Source of the DNA: the human T2T-CHM13v2.0 reference genome, Homo sapiens
Length of the DNA: 64,000 nt
Assembly: GCF_009914755.1 (NCBI RefSeq)
Contig: NC_060945.1
Strand: one strand, 5' to 3'
The position numbers and the translations under genes were made by a program. This document shows positions 47,531 to 60,205 of this stretch, piece by piece. The stretch's first letter is position 1; each line of letters begins with the position of its first letter. The notes under the pieces were generated by a model. The model was not told the origin of the DNA, did not search any database, and saw only the letters and a list, made by a program, of their open reading frames with translations.

Positions 47531-48137
47531 CAGACATATACTACGAGCATGTTTAACCTTATTTAAAATATTTTTATTTTTTATGTGTTTCCCCATGATA
47601 TTGAGCAGTAAAACCTTACAATAAAAAGAGACTAGGTGGTTTTCCTTTAGGGCAACTAGGAAGTAGGGAATAGGGAAACAGCATTCCATTCCACAGTCTA
47701 CTTTGTAGAGAGAGACCAGACAGCAGGCAACAGTAGAAAAGAAGAAAATAAAACAGGATGTTTTAAAGACCTATTATAAGCAGATAAACAAAGGAAAAAG
47801 CAAGAAAAAAGGATAAAATTTTCCTACTTTGGTTTTTTTATTTTATTTGTTTTGTTGAAATTCCAAAACTTATTCTGAGTATTATTTATTACTTGCCCTT
47901 GAAAACATTAAATCGATGATCTGTTGGAAGATTAAGCCGTGAGTGTACAGTATATCCACTTAAGATGAATTAAATCCGTTATTTGTAACCATGAAAGAAA
48001 CTATATGTTTTTATTTTCTTTTTTTGTCACCAACTCAAAATGCAAATACACACACTCATACACTTAAATTTAGTAAAGAGAAAACAATGATAACAATGGA
48101 TTGCAGCTCAAATATCTACACATTTCTCATGAGCCTA

Positions 48138-48387
48138 AATAATTTGCGAGCACAAAATTATACTAGTACTTGGTTACATTTCAGGAAATATTTTAAAAAA
48201 TTGATTAACAGTGATTTATTAATATTTTAGAATAGAAGATTATTGAATGTGTTGTAGATAATAATCATTTGTGAGCACAAAAGTATACTATTACTTGGTT
48301 ACACTTCAGGAAATATTAAAAAATATTGATTAACAGTGATTTATTAATATTTTAGAACAGAAGATTATTGAAGATCGTGTTGTAGAT
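48138..48387. repeat. Diverged ~122-bp tandem duplication
   Basis: gagcacaaaa.tatacta.tacttggttaca...gtgttgtagat twice, with substitutions and small indels. Confidence 0.93.
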
Positions 48388-49456
48388 TCTATTTATTTTC
48401 TATTAAATCCAAATAAGATGTATTTTCCATGAAAACTAGGTCTTACACTGTATTTGAATTTAAATCCTGGGATCATATTAATGCAGAAATTACAAGTGTG
48501 TCATTTAGCACATAATTTTCCCAGATGGAGACATTTTGCTGAATAGCAAACTGCCAAATTGAATGTACAGCATATGATAAAAGCAGTTTGAGCCCAATTT
48601 TCCCCAATGAAATCAAACAACAAATTGTGTTGATTTAATTGTGAACTTATACTTATGGATTATAACATGAAGGAATGAATTTTTCACTTTCCTGTTACAC
48701 CATTGCCTTTATTTCCCATCCAGAATTACAGAGGAGTTGTAAGGCAATTAAGGGTGTTACACAGGGCTTTTGGGTGCAGCACTGGAATTTTAAAACAGGT
48801 TTAATGGCAATTTTTGATAAGTAATATACTGTAATATACCTTTTAAACTCTACATGGACTTTAAAATCTTTTATGGAAAATTCTCAAGTTTCCATAATAA
48901 AAAAACGCTCTGCTTTCTTTGGGGAATATTTTTGGGAAAAATAACTTAGTTCAATTTTCATGGAAAAAATACCTAAATAGTAGTATTGCTGTTCAAATTT
49001 TGTCACATTTCTTTTTGTGGGTCTTTTGAAGTAAATCAACAGGTTTATGTAAACATTATGATTTGGCTTCTCCTAGATGTTAGAAAGAAGCAGTGTGTAA
49101 GTAGTGACGTACTTGGGCTTTACGTAAAGAAATTGTGCCATTATTTCAAGCCAGATATAGCTTCTGTATCAACAAATGGAACACAAATCTTTAGTCTAGG
49201 ACTTAAGAGTGGGGGAAAAAGGGAAAAAACAACTATAACACTTAAATGAAGTCTTTGTATCTTAGGTTTGTTGACCAGGGTATTATACATATCTAATGCT
49301 ACTAAAATTATGATGTTATTGAATACTCAAGTTAATTCAATAAGTGGTGGTTATCTGTAGTAATCATAGAGAAAGGAACTATTACTATGAGGCACCTGCG
49401 GGTACAGCACCCTAGTAGTAAGTTAGAGTAGAGGTAAGTATCTGAGCAGCCCATTC

Positions 49457-49503
49457 TGCTTTCCTGTGAAAAAGCAGGTATGCTTTCCTGTGAAAAGCAG
49501 GTA
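49457..49503. repeat. ~24-bp tandem duplication
   Basis: tgctttcctgtgaaaa(a)gcaggta x2. Confidence 0.9.
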
Positions 49504-51957
49504 TTTGCTAAGCACACCAAGGTCTAAGAATGATACACATTGAGAAGTTTGAACATTATTACATCTTGATAGCAGTTATGAAAATTGTTAAATGAAGGTT
49601 CTTACGGTGCACTTAGAAATCACTCTTTAATCCAAGATGTGATTTTCATTTCCATTAAGCTTCCACCCACACATACTAATGTCTTCTTAACTTTCTGTAT
49701 AATTCCTTGGCCTTTTCATATAGTATCTTAGGTTATGTTAGTCTTTAATTTCTATCTGTTTACTTATAGGACACATTCAGCTACCTGTTAGTCACACCAC
49801 AAATCTTTGTGCAGACACTTGGAATCTATTCCTAATTGCCTTCACAGTTGATTATCGTGGAGTCAGCTACATAAGAAAGAGCCACTCTAATTAGTGCAGC
49901 TGATTCCTATGTTGAGCTGCTAACATCGATCTGTTTGAAAGTCACTTTTTGTGCATTTACACTCAAGTTCTTAAGCAATGATGACAGCAGTACCCTAAAT
50001 ATTAAAAAAGAAAGAAAGATAGAAAAGAAAAAAGAAAAGAAAATAGCGTAGAAAAGTTGGGTAGAGTTTATTCCATGGCATAGTCATTTTAAAGCAGGTA
50101 GTTTTTGAGAAGGTGTTTTTTGTTGTTGTTGTTGTTTGTTTGTTTTTGTTGTTGTTGTTATTGTTGATTTGTTTGCTTGTTTGGAGAAACCAGCAAAGTA
50201 GAACTCCAAAGTCCATCTTTTAGCATTGTACCTCAGGATTTTCAATTCAGACACAATGTATATGGGTTGTGTCTGATCATTGAATGCAAATCATTAAAAA
50301 TAACTATATGGAGCCAGGAAATAAGAAAACATTTTATGGCTCTCTAGAAGACAGACTGGGTGTCTGCTTCTGCATGCCCTTTTCTTTTCTTTCTTTTTTT
50401 CTTTTTTTTTTCTTAGTCTCTAGGATAATGCTGACATCATTGCTTAAAGTTCTGAATGTGACTGAGAATAATCATTTCACAGAAAATATCCCCAACGGGT
50501 CTGTCATCTGGCAAACAGCTAGGAATATCTTTTGACGTCTTGCTTTGCAGAACAACAATAATCTCTCACCACCTGTCAATTCCACATGTCTCATCCCCTG
50601 CCCCTGGTGATTCTTGGCAATCAGCAGCCAGTGCCTGTCTAATAGCACTTCTGCCTGCTTCTAGTGTAGTGCTTCAAACTGTCCTGTTTCTCAGAGAGCA
50701 GACACATTGCCTAAAATGAAATCTTAGAGGTACTGTCCACACTCTGTCAGTAGACAAAGGAATCAGAACTACTCAGACTGAAAATAAGGTGCAAGGGGGT
50801 GTAATATGGATGTAATATGGACTTGCATACATGCTCCTTTGGCATATGTTTCCCTCCATAAAAAAATTAAGTTGTAAAATATGTTAATGACATCATTGAG
50901 GTAGATAAAAAGGAGCAAAGAAAGCCAAGAAGTTTCACATGATACATTTTGAATTTAGCAAAATGTGGTTTTACTAGGAAACAATCAAATGTAGATGAAA
51001 ATCAAATTCATTCCATATTTCTCCCCAGGAAATAATGATTAATAAGTGAGTGAGCTCTGAATTCAAACAAACTTTGGTTAATGAGGAAAATACAAGCTTT
51101 GACTGTAGGCAATGGTCTTGACATATATTTTTTTTCCTCCTTTCTGGAATAACTCTTGCCTCATGATTCATTGGTGGGATACCTATGAATGAATAGTTGC
51201 ATAATGGTGAAGAGATTGTGTATGTATTTTGTAGCCTTTCATTTTCTTCTGTCTTCCCTGATTAGTCATGTCCATTACCCAGCTAGCTCTAAAATTCACA
51301 TCCTAATTGCTCATTAGTTTAGTTTAGTGAAAAATGATTTAAAAATTATTATTCTACCTTTAAAAAATCTAATAGCCATTATGGTCGAAGGATAAAACCA
51401 CTAAACATTACATTTAAGAAACATAAAAATCATATTTAATATAGTGGGAAATATTTCCAACTAGAAATGGCATAGATGAGAGATTTGTTTAAAACTTATA
51501 TATACTATGAAAGTACAAATGCCAAGCAGCAAAACTTGTTTAAAAGTCAGTATTATTATATTTGAATAAAAATTCTTTGATAATTACTAAGCAAATTTCA
51601 TCAAATGGGTTTTTAGCAATTTAAAAAAAGGAATGCAATTTGAAAATTCTCACTACATTTTAAATGTAGACATTTATGGGCAAGCATTAATCATAAATAT
51701 CAACAAGTTACAAAAAAAAGCCGCACAATTTTATTGCATGAAAATTTGTTTTATGCACATATCTCTTATGATATATATTCAGAGCACAAATAAGGATAAG
51801 TATCTAGATGACTTATTCATAAGCAAGTGATATGTATGCGTCACAAGATAAATTTTATAGCTGGTAATGTTTGCTGAGGTTTCTCAAATGGCATTGAAGT
51901 TAGTCAAGGTCAAACTTCAAATCTAAACTTTAATCTTACATCCATTTCAAAGATTCT

Positions 51958-52079
51958 ACATGCACACACACACGCATTCTAGATACCCACACACATACAC
52001 ACATAAACACACACACACACAGGCAGAAATGCACTTACAAGTTCCAGCCTTAGCCACTACTTGGGTCAGCCTGCCTGGG

Positions 52080-52123
<44 letters not shown>
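51958..52123. repeat. Imperfect (CA)n followed by perfect (TG)n
   Basis: CA-rich 51958-52021; (GT)n about 52086-52123. Confidence 0.9.
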
Positions 52124-52127
<4 letters not shown>

Positions 52128-52989
52128 AAGTTTGTTACTTTTTTTTTCCTCATTACTTTTCTATTTCTTACCCACTCAAAGAGCTGCAGGAGAGGTGGGC
52201 TGTGTGGGAAAGGGGCACATCCTACCTCACTTGTACATTGACACTGGAGCAGTCAAATGTCACTGCTCTTGGGGGTCAGTTCCTCCAGCTGACTATCTCC
52301 TGTTGGTGCCTCCCAGGCTCCTTGGCAACCTCTCCTCTGAGCATCACCGTTCTGCAGTTTTCTGAGGCATTCCCTCCACAGCAAACATCCTGCCACTCAG
52401 CCTCTGCTCCATGTGCATATCAACATGCAGCCCCCGACTTGGACTTGCTTAGTCCTACCTGGTGGCCACCTTTAGTTGGGTTCATAGTGAAGGATCTGCC
52501 TTTTCTTCTATGTACTCCCGAGCCTATATCCTGCCAGAATTGTAAGTTCTATTCAGACACCTGAATAGATTGACACTGGTTTCTATCTCCTGGACCCCAG
52601 GGACCCACACTCAGTTCTCCAAAGCATCCTCTCACTGTGGTCCCCAAAGCATTCTCTGACATCATCCTTCTACCAGGGGTGGGTTAGGAAGTAGAAAGCA
52701 TCCACTTCTTTCCACCTCCTGTTAGGCAGACAACTATCTTCACGGAAAACAGTACTTACAAATTCAGCAAATCTAGCAGACGATATTCTAGTACTTCTGT
52801 ATAAAATATATGCATAAAATCTAGTTTTTGCCTGAGAGTGAAAATAATGGATAATATCCATTGTAACCACCCATTAGACAGAAAAATAGGTAGATATAGC
52901 AATCTGCACATATAGATAGATACATAGATATGTAGATATATAGATTATAGGTACATATGCACAGATATATTCCAAAGACTTTTGCCAAC

Positions 52990-53414
52990 TGATATGACTT
53001 GGATCTGCCCAAATCTCATATCTAATTTTAGTCCCCATTGTTGGAGGTGGAGCCTGGTTGGAGGTGTTTGGATCATGGGGATGGATTTCTCATAAATGTT
53101 TTATCACCATCCCCTTGGTGGTGTCCTTGTGATAGTGAGTGAGTTCTTGTGAGATGTGGTTGTTTAGAAGTATGTGGCACCTCTCCCCCGCCCCCACCCC
53201 CACTCTCTCTCTTGCTCCTGTTCTCACCATGTAATGTGCTTGCTCCCTATTTGCCTTCCATTGTGATTGGAAGCTTCCTGAGGCTTCCCCAGAAACAGAG
53301 GTCATTGTGCTTCCTATACAGCCTGCAGAACTATGAACCTATTCAATCTCTTTTCTTTATAAATTACTCAGTCTCAGTTACGTATTTATAGCAATGCAAG
53401 AACAGCCTAATACA
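52990..53414 (+). mobile_element. MST (MSTB-like) MaLR solo LTR
   Basis: tgatatg...ttggaggtggagcctgg...gaacagcctaataca; perfect TSD ccaac. Confidence 0.9.
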
Positions 53415-54539
53415 CCAACTAAAGATATGTTTTGTCATTAATGACTTGAACATTCTCAACTATTCATGGCATTTAACAATGCTTCATTACAAAAAATGGA
53501 TTTTTTACATTTTATGTGTTTTATTCATGATAAATGAAATGTGCTTTATTCATGATAAATTTATGTGCTTTATTCATTACAAATGAAAACTTGTTCTTTT
53601 CGTTTGTTCTTTTTATCATGAATAAAGCACATAAAATGTACCTTTCACGTTTACATTGCAGGCCCTTTTATTCCTCTCCTGCCCTTAACCTCCCCAAACA
53701 TATACATCAATAAAGAAAAGAGAAAGAGAAATGAATTAGCAGTGAGCAGTAAGTGGAAAAGATACAAGTTTTTTCATGGCCAAGTCTAAAGTCATTTTGA
53801 GTTAATTAAACACAAGCTACTACTAAGCCAATAGAGGACATATTAAGTCTTTAAAAATATTAATTGTGATTTTTCTACACTAGATTTCTGTTGCTTGATT
53901 TCTCATTCATGACTAAAATTGTTAAACCTGTTAAAATATAGAAACACTTGGGAAAAGAATCTCAAAACAATCACTCCTGAAAAGTTGGCATCTTCCCTGG
54001 AAGTTTCCAGTGAGCTGAGTTATTCTCATTGCAGCATGAAGGACACATAGACCCATAGTATCATTCCTTCTGTTTGTCTTTGCATTATCATTTTCCAGTC
54101 TATGGCATACAGCAACTATTCAAATGTTTTTTGGATACCTTCATTAGCTATGGCTTCCAAACTTTTGGTTAAAATAGTAAGCTAAGCTGAGCAAGCAACA
54201 TTTTGGCCTTTTCATCTTATTGGGCACACTGGTCATTTATTGCCCCTCCCCCACTCTATTCCTCTGGCACCAGCGCCAAGCATTCCCTGGATGGGGATTT
54301 GGCTGTCTGGCTAGTGGCCACTTCACTGCATGCCACACATCTGTGCCCTTGGAATCTGAGGCCTTGTCTTCATTTTAGGGCACTAGAAATATTTCTGCCA
54401 AAACTCCAAAAGTTGTTTCTTTCTTTTCTATTCTTCTCTTTTTTTCCTCCTTTTTCTTTTCTCTTTTCCTTCTTTTTTAAAAAATTTCTGAGAACAATAT
54501 AAGCTACACATACATTTGATGGTCAACAGCTGACACTAC

Positions 54540-54765
54540 TAGGAAACATATGTGTAAGAGTAGATTTCAAAGGCCTTAATGCATCTCCCAGCTCCATCTC
54601 TGACTCTGTAATGTTGTAGAAGTCACTTAAATCTCTCATCCCCTGTCGACTTAACTACAAAATGAGACCAGTTATAGAATTGTGTGAGAGGAGAAAATAG
54701 TTGATATAGATGGAAGAGCTTTGAAGATTCTGCACTCTCGCATATGCATTGTATTAGTATTACTA
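54540..54765 (+). mobile_element. MIR fragment
   Basis: cccagctccatctctgac...agtcacttaaatctct. Confidence 0.55.
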
Positions 54766-55871
54766 TTAGGTCAGATGGACCCTCATCTATGACTGACCAA
54801 GATGTTGGGTACACGAGCTAAAGGAATCCAATTCACTATCCCAGGGTTGCATCGCAGTGGATTTCATACAGGCTAAGAAAAAACAAAAACGTTTTTAAGC
54901 CTCCATCCTCAGATCAAAACAATAAACAAAAAATTATGATATCCTTAACAATGTCCTGGGTTAATATTTTATTCCACAAATCAAGATTTCAGAACTCTTT
55001 ACCCTCTAAGAGATAGAGATTGAACATGCCTTTATAGGCTTTGAATTTCATAACTTCTAATCTATGCTCATAACCTGGAAAATGTCATCATACTGAATGC
55101 GCTCATGAAAAGGTACTTTTAGGACCTGCCAGTGACAGTTTATACACACATCAGTCCCTTTTCAAATGTCATTTCCATTAGTATCTTACATCAGAATCAC
55201 AAGTGAAATGAACATGCTGTAACCTAGTATTTTAAAAGGTTATGTTGAAGGAGTAGAGAGGCTTAAATTAATTTTCCCTTTTCTAATCCAGTAAGCCTTT
55301 ACTCAATAGGATTTCCTATAATTCTATCTTAATCCATGTCTCTGTGGATGAATCAAACAGACCACAACATAGAAGAGCCTGCCAAAGTGGCTTCCTGCCA
55401 GCAGCCCTCTCTCCTCTTTAAGATAGACTTCAGATTAATGATTGTACAGTGATCCAAATCAATGAAGAAAGCAAAGAACAGACAGGTATCTCATTATCTT
55501 CTGCAAAGATCTATTTGTTTAGCCATGTTCAAATATTGCCCTAAAATGGTAAGTTGGTTAGCACATATTAATCATTTACTAGATCTATTCAATTCCTAAA
55601 ATTAACGTGAATTTAATATGCAGGGGGAGTTGCATGGCTGTTTTTGTTGCTGTAGACTTGATATAGGCAGAGAACAAGCAGAAAATTATTTAGAATATCC
55701 AGTGGAATCCATCATTATATTTTTGAGACTATTAATTAGCCAAAGATTGTAAAATTATTTTCTAGCAATACCAGTTAAATGAAGTAGAAAAGTTAAATGA
55801 AGGCTAAAAGCCCACACAATGCTATCATGCTCTAAGTATTGTTCTCAATTATTGGAAGTACATATATTATA

Positions 55872-56089
55872 GAAGCTCAGTATGTATTTCCTAATGAACT
55901 GCTTCATGTGAATTATTTCATGCCATAATCTTATCCTTTCCTATACTTTGGCAACTGTTGAGAGGCTAGAAAAGACTGTATTATTTATTCTGAGGCCAAA
56001 ATATAATCATACTTGGGTAAAAGATACTAGATGTTCATCCACTGAACATTTATTACAGCAAATTTTCATAATCCATAACACTTAGGATG
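55872..56089 (+). repeat. 218-bp dispersed direct repeat, copy 1
   Basis: Matches 59636-59852. Confidence 0.97.
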
Positions 56090-56313
56090 TTTACATCTAA
56101 TTTTTATCTTGATTGAATTCAGCATTAATAAATATGAATTTTTTTCACTAAAATATTATTTGGGCTATGAATATCCTGGCAAAAATCACCCACATAAGAC
56201 TAGGTTTTTATCAATTTATAAACGAATAGGTTGATTTTGAAAAAGTTATCTTTTTAAGTATCTACAAGGAATTTAGAAAATGCAAAATATCTTATAAATT
56301 TGCATTTATAAGA

Positions 56314-56385
56314 TATATGCCTTTGAAATTTATTGAGCTCTGAAATGTCTTGTTCACTAAATGGCCTAGAGATAATTCTCCATGA
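56314..56385 (+). repeat. 72-bp perfect inverted repeat, left arm
   Basis: Exact reverse complement of 57583-57654. Confidence 0.97.
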
Positions 56386-56879
56386 TTAAAAAGTTTCTTT
56401 CTACAGGAAACTTTTTCAGAATATGAATCAATAAAATAAATAAAAAGTGTTTATTTCTGTATCTTATGTAGAAATTATTACTAAGGTAGGAATGAATCCT
56501 CTCTTAACAGTCTATACAATCACTTTATTCAATCACTTATATATTTACCAAGAAAACTACAAATCTTATACTTTGTATATAGGAAAGACTGTTAAAGTAT
56601 GAGATATACCCATATTGTAATTTATTTAAGAAAACATAACTAAATTATGAAAAAATAATCAACTTTGTGATATTGCCCTATGTAAAATTTCTTCTACTTC
56701 ACAGTCTATATACTACAGCTTCTCTATAAAAAATTCTCTCAGCTCTTCAAGATCTTACCTACAAATAAAAATATCTCTACATTCATCATTATTTTTTTCC
56801 TATTACCTAAAATGAAATTATTCTCTGGAAATTTTGCTCTTAATACGCCTTCCTTACTAATACAAGAAGGAATGTATCT

Positions 56880-57167
56880 TCTTGTAATTCCAGCCCAGCC
56901 TTTTGAGAGGCTGATAAAGGAGGATCGCTTGAGCCCAGGAGTTCAAGACCAGCCTGGGCAACATAGTGAGACTCCATCTCTACACAAATTTAAAAATTTA
57001 ACCAGGCATGGTGGTGCATTCCTGCTGTCCCAGCTACTCAGGAGGCTGAAGTGGGAGAATTTCCTGGGCCTGGGAGATTGAGGCTGCAGTGAGCCATGAT
57101 GGTACAACTGCAGTCCAGCCTGCACAATAAAGTGAGACCCTGTGTCAAAAGGAAAACAGAAAAAGAA
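56880..57167 (+). mobile_element. AluJ, diverged, 5' end clipped
   Basis: ggaggatcgcttgagcccaggagttcaagaccagcctgggcaacatag. Confidence 0.9.
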
Positions 57168-57582
57168 TATCCACCAGGAAGGCTGCAACCCTTTATAAGA
57201 AATAAGTCTCTCCTTTCCAAATTTATGAACCTCATCATTCTTCAATTGACAGAATCCTCTCAATTTACATGCTGCACATATTTTAAAAATTCATGGAAAT
57301 TGACATTTCTTTTTCATTCCCTGGTATCTATCCCCATAACTTAGAAATCAGTCATGTGTGTCTATTATGCAATTTTCTGTATTTCATCATGTTTTATAGG
57401 TATTTGTGAATTTATATTGCCTTACTAAAAAATAGTACCTTCTTGAAAGCTGTCTCTTGCTATATATTGGGTTTGTATCTCACATAGTGTCACACATAGA
57501 ATCCTTCACATAGTGGAAATTTGCCAGAAACAGGAAGGCATGAAGACCCATTCATTCATACCACCCATTCAGGATCATCTTT

Positions 57583-57654
57583 TCATGGAGAATTATCTCT
57601 AGGCCATTTAGTGAACAAGACATTTCAGAGCTCAATAAATTTCAAAGGCATATA
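57583..57654 (-). repeat. 72-bp perfect inverted repeat, right arm
   Basis: Exact reverse complement of 56314-56385. Confidence 0.97.
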
Positions 57655-58530
57655 CATTCAACAACTGGATCAGTATTAGCTGAAGACAGTTTTCCAGAGA
57701 TAGTTTAGAGGTACCAGTGCTCAGAGATTCTAAACCAGTATTTCTGAGGTAGAGTCCAGTAGACTACACTTTTAAAGAACTCTACATACTTTTTTAAAGC
57801 CTGTTTCACAGCAAGATTTTAGAACTAATGAATATTTTACATGACAAATTTTCTTAAAGTCTTGGGGCCTTAATATTAGCATGAAACATGAGTAAACTAT
57901 GACTTGGAGTAAATAATAAAACTTGCCTAAGTTTATTGAATTATAACTCACATCTGGAGTTTGGGGTCAATACTACCTTTTACTATACCACAATTGCCTT
58001 CCATGGAAATACTTTTTTGTTTAATTATGTTTATCACTTTCTCAGGAGATATTATTCTAGATTCAAGCCTATCTAACACTCCCCCTTTCTCCTAAAGTTT
58101 TGGTCAAGGTTTTATTTGCTTGTTGGTTTAATTCTCCACTGTGGCTTACTTGAGCACACAGGGAATCTGTCTTCTTTTCTTCCCATCCCTAATCCTAACC
58201 TGATCCTAATCTATTACCTGAGAAAAACATTCATATGAGATCCTCTTTCTCCTAAGGAATCATTTTGTATATCCAGCTTTTTCTAACCACTTGTAGTAAT
58301 TTAACCAATTCTCCTGGCCAACACTTGAATTAAAGTGATAGGACAAATTAATTCACACTAACCTGCTAATGAATATAAAGAAAATATAGCAGCATTCTCC
58401 CAAAATATATAAGAATTCAGTGTGCTTATACAAAAATTGAAGAAAGTACAATCATTGAGTGATAATAATTTTGCCTAGAAGAGGTATTTAGAACCATTTA
58501 TATTTATAATGCAGCTAACATTTTGACTGG

Positions 58531-59052
58531 TGTATTAATATCATCCAGAGAAACAGAAACATATATACACACACACATATATATATACAGATGTGTATGT
58601 GTATGTATATACACGTGTTTATATATACACAGATGTATATATACATATGTGTATGTATATGTATATATATAGGCACATATAGCCTATTGATAATTCTGGA
58701 GAGAGAAAGAGAGAGAGAGATTTTAAGGAATTAGGTTACAAAATTGTGGGAGCTAGCAATTCCAAAATCTGAAGGATAGGCTAGCAGGCTGAAGACCCAG
58801 GTAAGAGTTGATGCTGCAGTTTGAGTTTGAAGGTAGTTTTCTATTAAGGCCTTCAACTAATTGGATGAGGCCTACCAACATAATGGAATGTAATCTGCTT
58901 TGGAATTTAATGGAATGTAATTGCTCAAACTCAGCTGTTTTAAATGTTAATCTTACCTAAAAAATACCTTCATAATACATGCAGGATCATGTTTGACCAA
59001 ATATCTGGGTACTGATGTCTAGCCAAATGCACACATAAAATTAACCATAATA
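58531..59052 (-). mobile_element. MLT2-family (ERVL) solo LTR with internal (TA/CA) and (GA) tracts
   Basis: tgtatt...ccagagaaacagaa...ttttaaggaatt...tgtttgaccaaatatctggg...acacataaaattaaccat; TSD actgg / cctgg. Confidence 0.88.
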
Positions 59053-59635
59053 CCTGGTAATACATAAAGAAAATTCATCTTACAAATCAAAATAATCTGA
59101 CATTAAAATTAAGGCAATGTATCCTTACGGAGTGTTATTGTACCTCATCAGACAGCTTAACATGAAATGAGACTACTAGGACAGTACTGATGAGAAAACC
59201 GTAGTATAGAGAAATAAGATTTCATAATAACATTTCACAAACAGAAGTTCAGGGGCCTGCAGGATCAGAAACTCAATTATGTAATCATGTTTTTTTGTGA
59301 GATTTGAAAAGCAGCTTTGTAATTTATTCCAGGGTAACCATAAATCTGAATTTCATAGACAAACTTCTAGCAGCAGCAAACACGTGCATTTGAATGTATT
59401 CTAGACAAAACAGCAGAGTAAAATATAATAAAAATTTCAAATAAACTGATATCTAGTTCTTTGAAAAATGCCGTAATGCTTCTAACCCTCTCTTTTCTCT
59501 ATATCTTGTGTATATACGCAAGATACCTAAAGGAACATTAGTGTGCTCTTTCTTCAATCACCTTACACAATTTTATTCTTGTCTTATTTTTCTTTTTCAC
59601 ACACAAACACACACACGCACACACAAAGTGTTTTC

Positions 59636-59852
59636 GAAGCTCAGTATGTATTTCCTAATGAACTGCTTCATGTGAATTATTTCATGCCATAATCTTATCC
59701 TTTCCTGCACTTTGGCAACTGTTGAGAGGTTGGAAAAGACTGTATTATTTATTCTGAGGCCAAATATAATCACACTTGGGTAAAAGGTACTAGATGTTCA
59801 TCCACTGAACATTTATTACAGCAAATTTTCATAATCCATAACACTTAGGATG
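59636..59852 (+). repeat. 217-bp dispersed direct repeat, copy 2
   Basis: 6 substitutions and one 1-bp indel relative to 55872-56089. Confidence 0.97.
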
Positions 59853-60205
59853 AACTTCAAAGCATGTATGGGTGTCTTGATATAGCTTGTTTGCTTAAGT
59901 AAAAGCTATGATAAACTTAATTTATCTTGAGGATACTGGAATCTGTGAGAGAGTGAGAGATGTTCCTAGATATTATTTTTGGCTTAATTTTTCAGTTTGT
60001 AAAACAATCAGAACCACTCAGCGGCTCTAGGACTGATAGAATAGAGGTATGAAGTCTTCAGGAAACGTACGCCTTCTAACATAGCTGGACCTGAGGTCCA
60101 GGTCCAGCACTATTACAGATGGAGGACGTGTGTCTAGTCTCAAGTAGGGGGATTGGCCAAGGAAAACTGCGTCAGACAACCAAGTCAGGATTTCAGGCAC
60201 AATGG

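Noticed and set aside
49077-49433. Exon candidates 49077-49096 and 49266-49433
   Set aside because: Splice-like motifs are present, but with no coding support they are indistinguishable from chance.
52061-52564. Longest ORF (167 aa)
   Set aside because: Non-ATG start, runs through (TG)n, and has no recognisable domain.
56314-57654. Novel DNA transposon with 72-bp TIRs
   Set aside because: No TSD and no transposase; the interior holds an old AluJ while the arms are 100% identical, which does not fit an ancient element.
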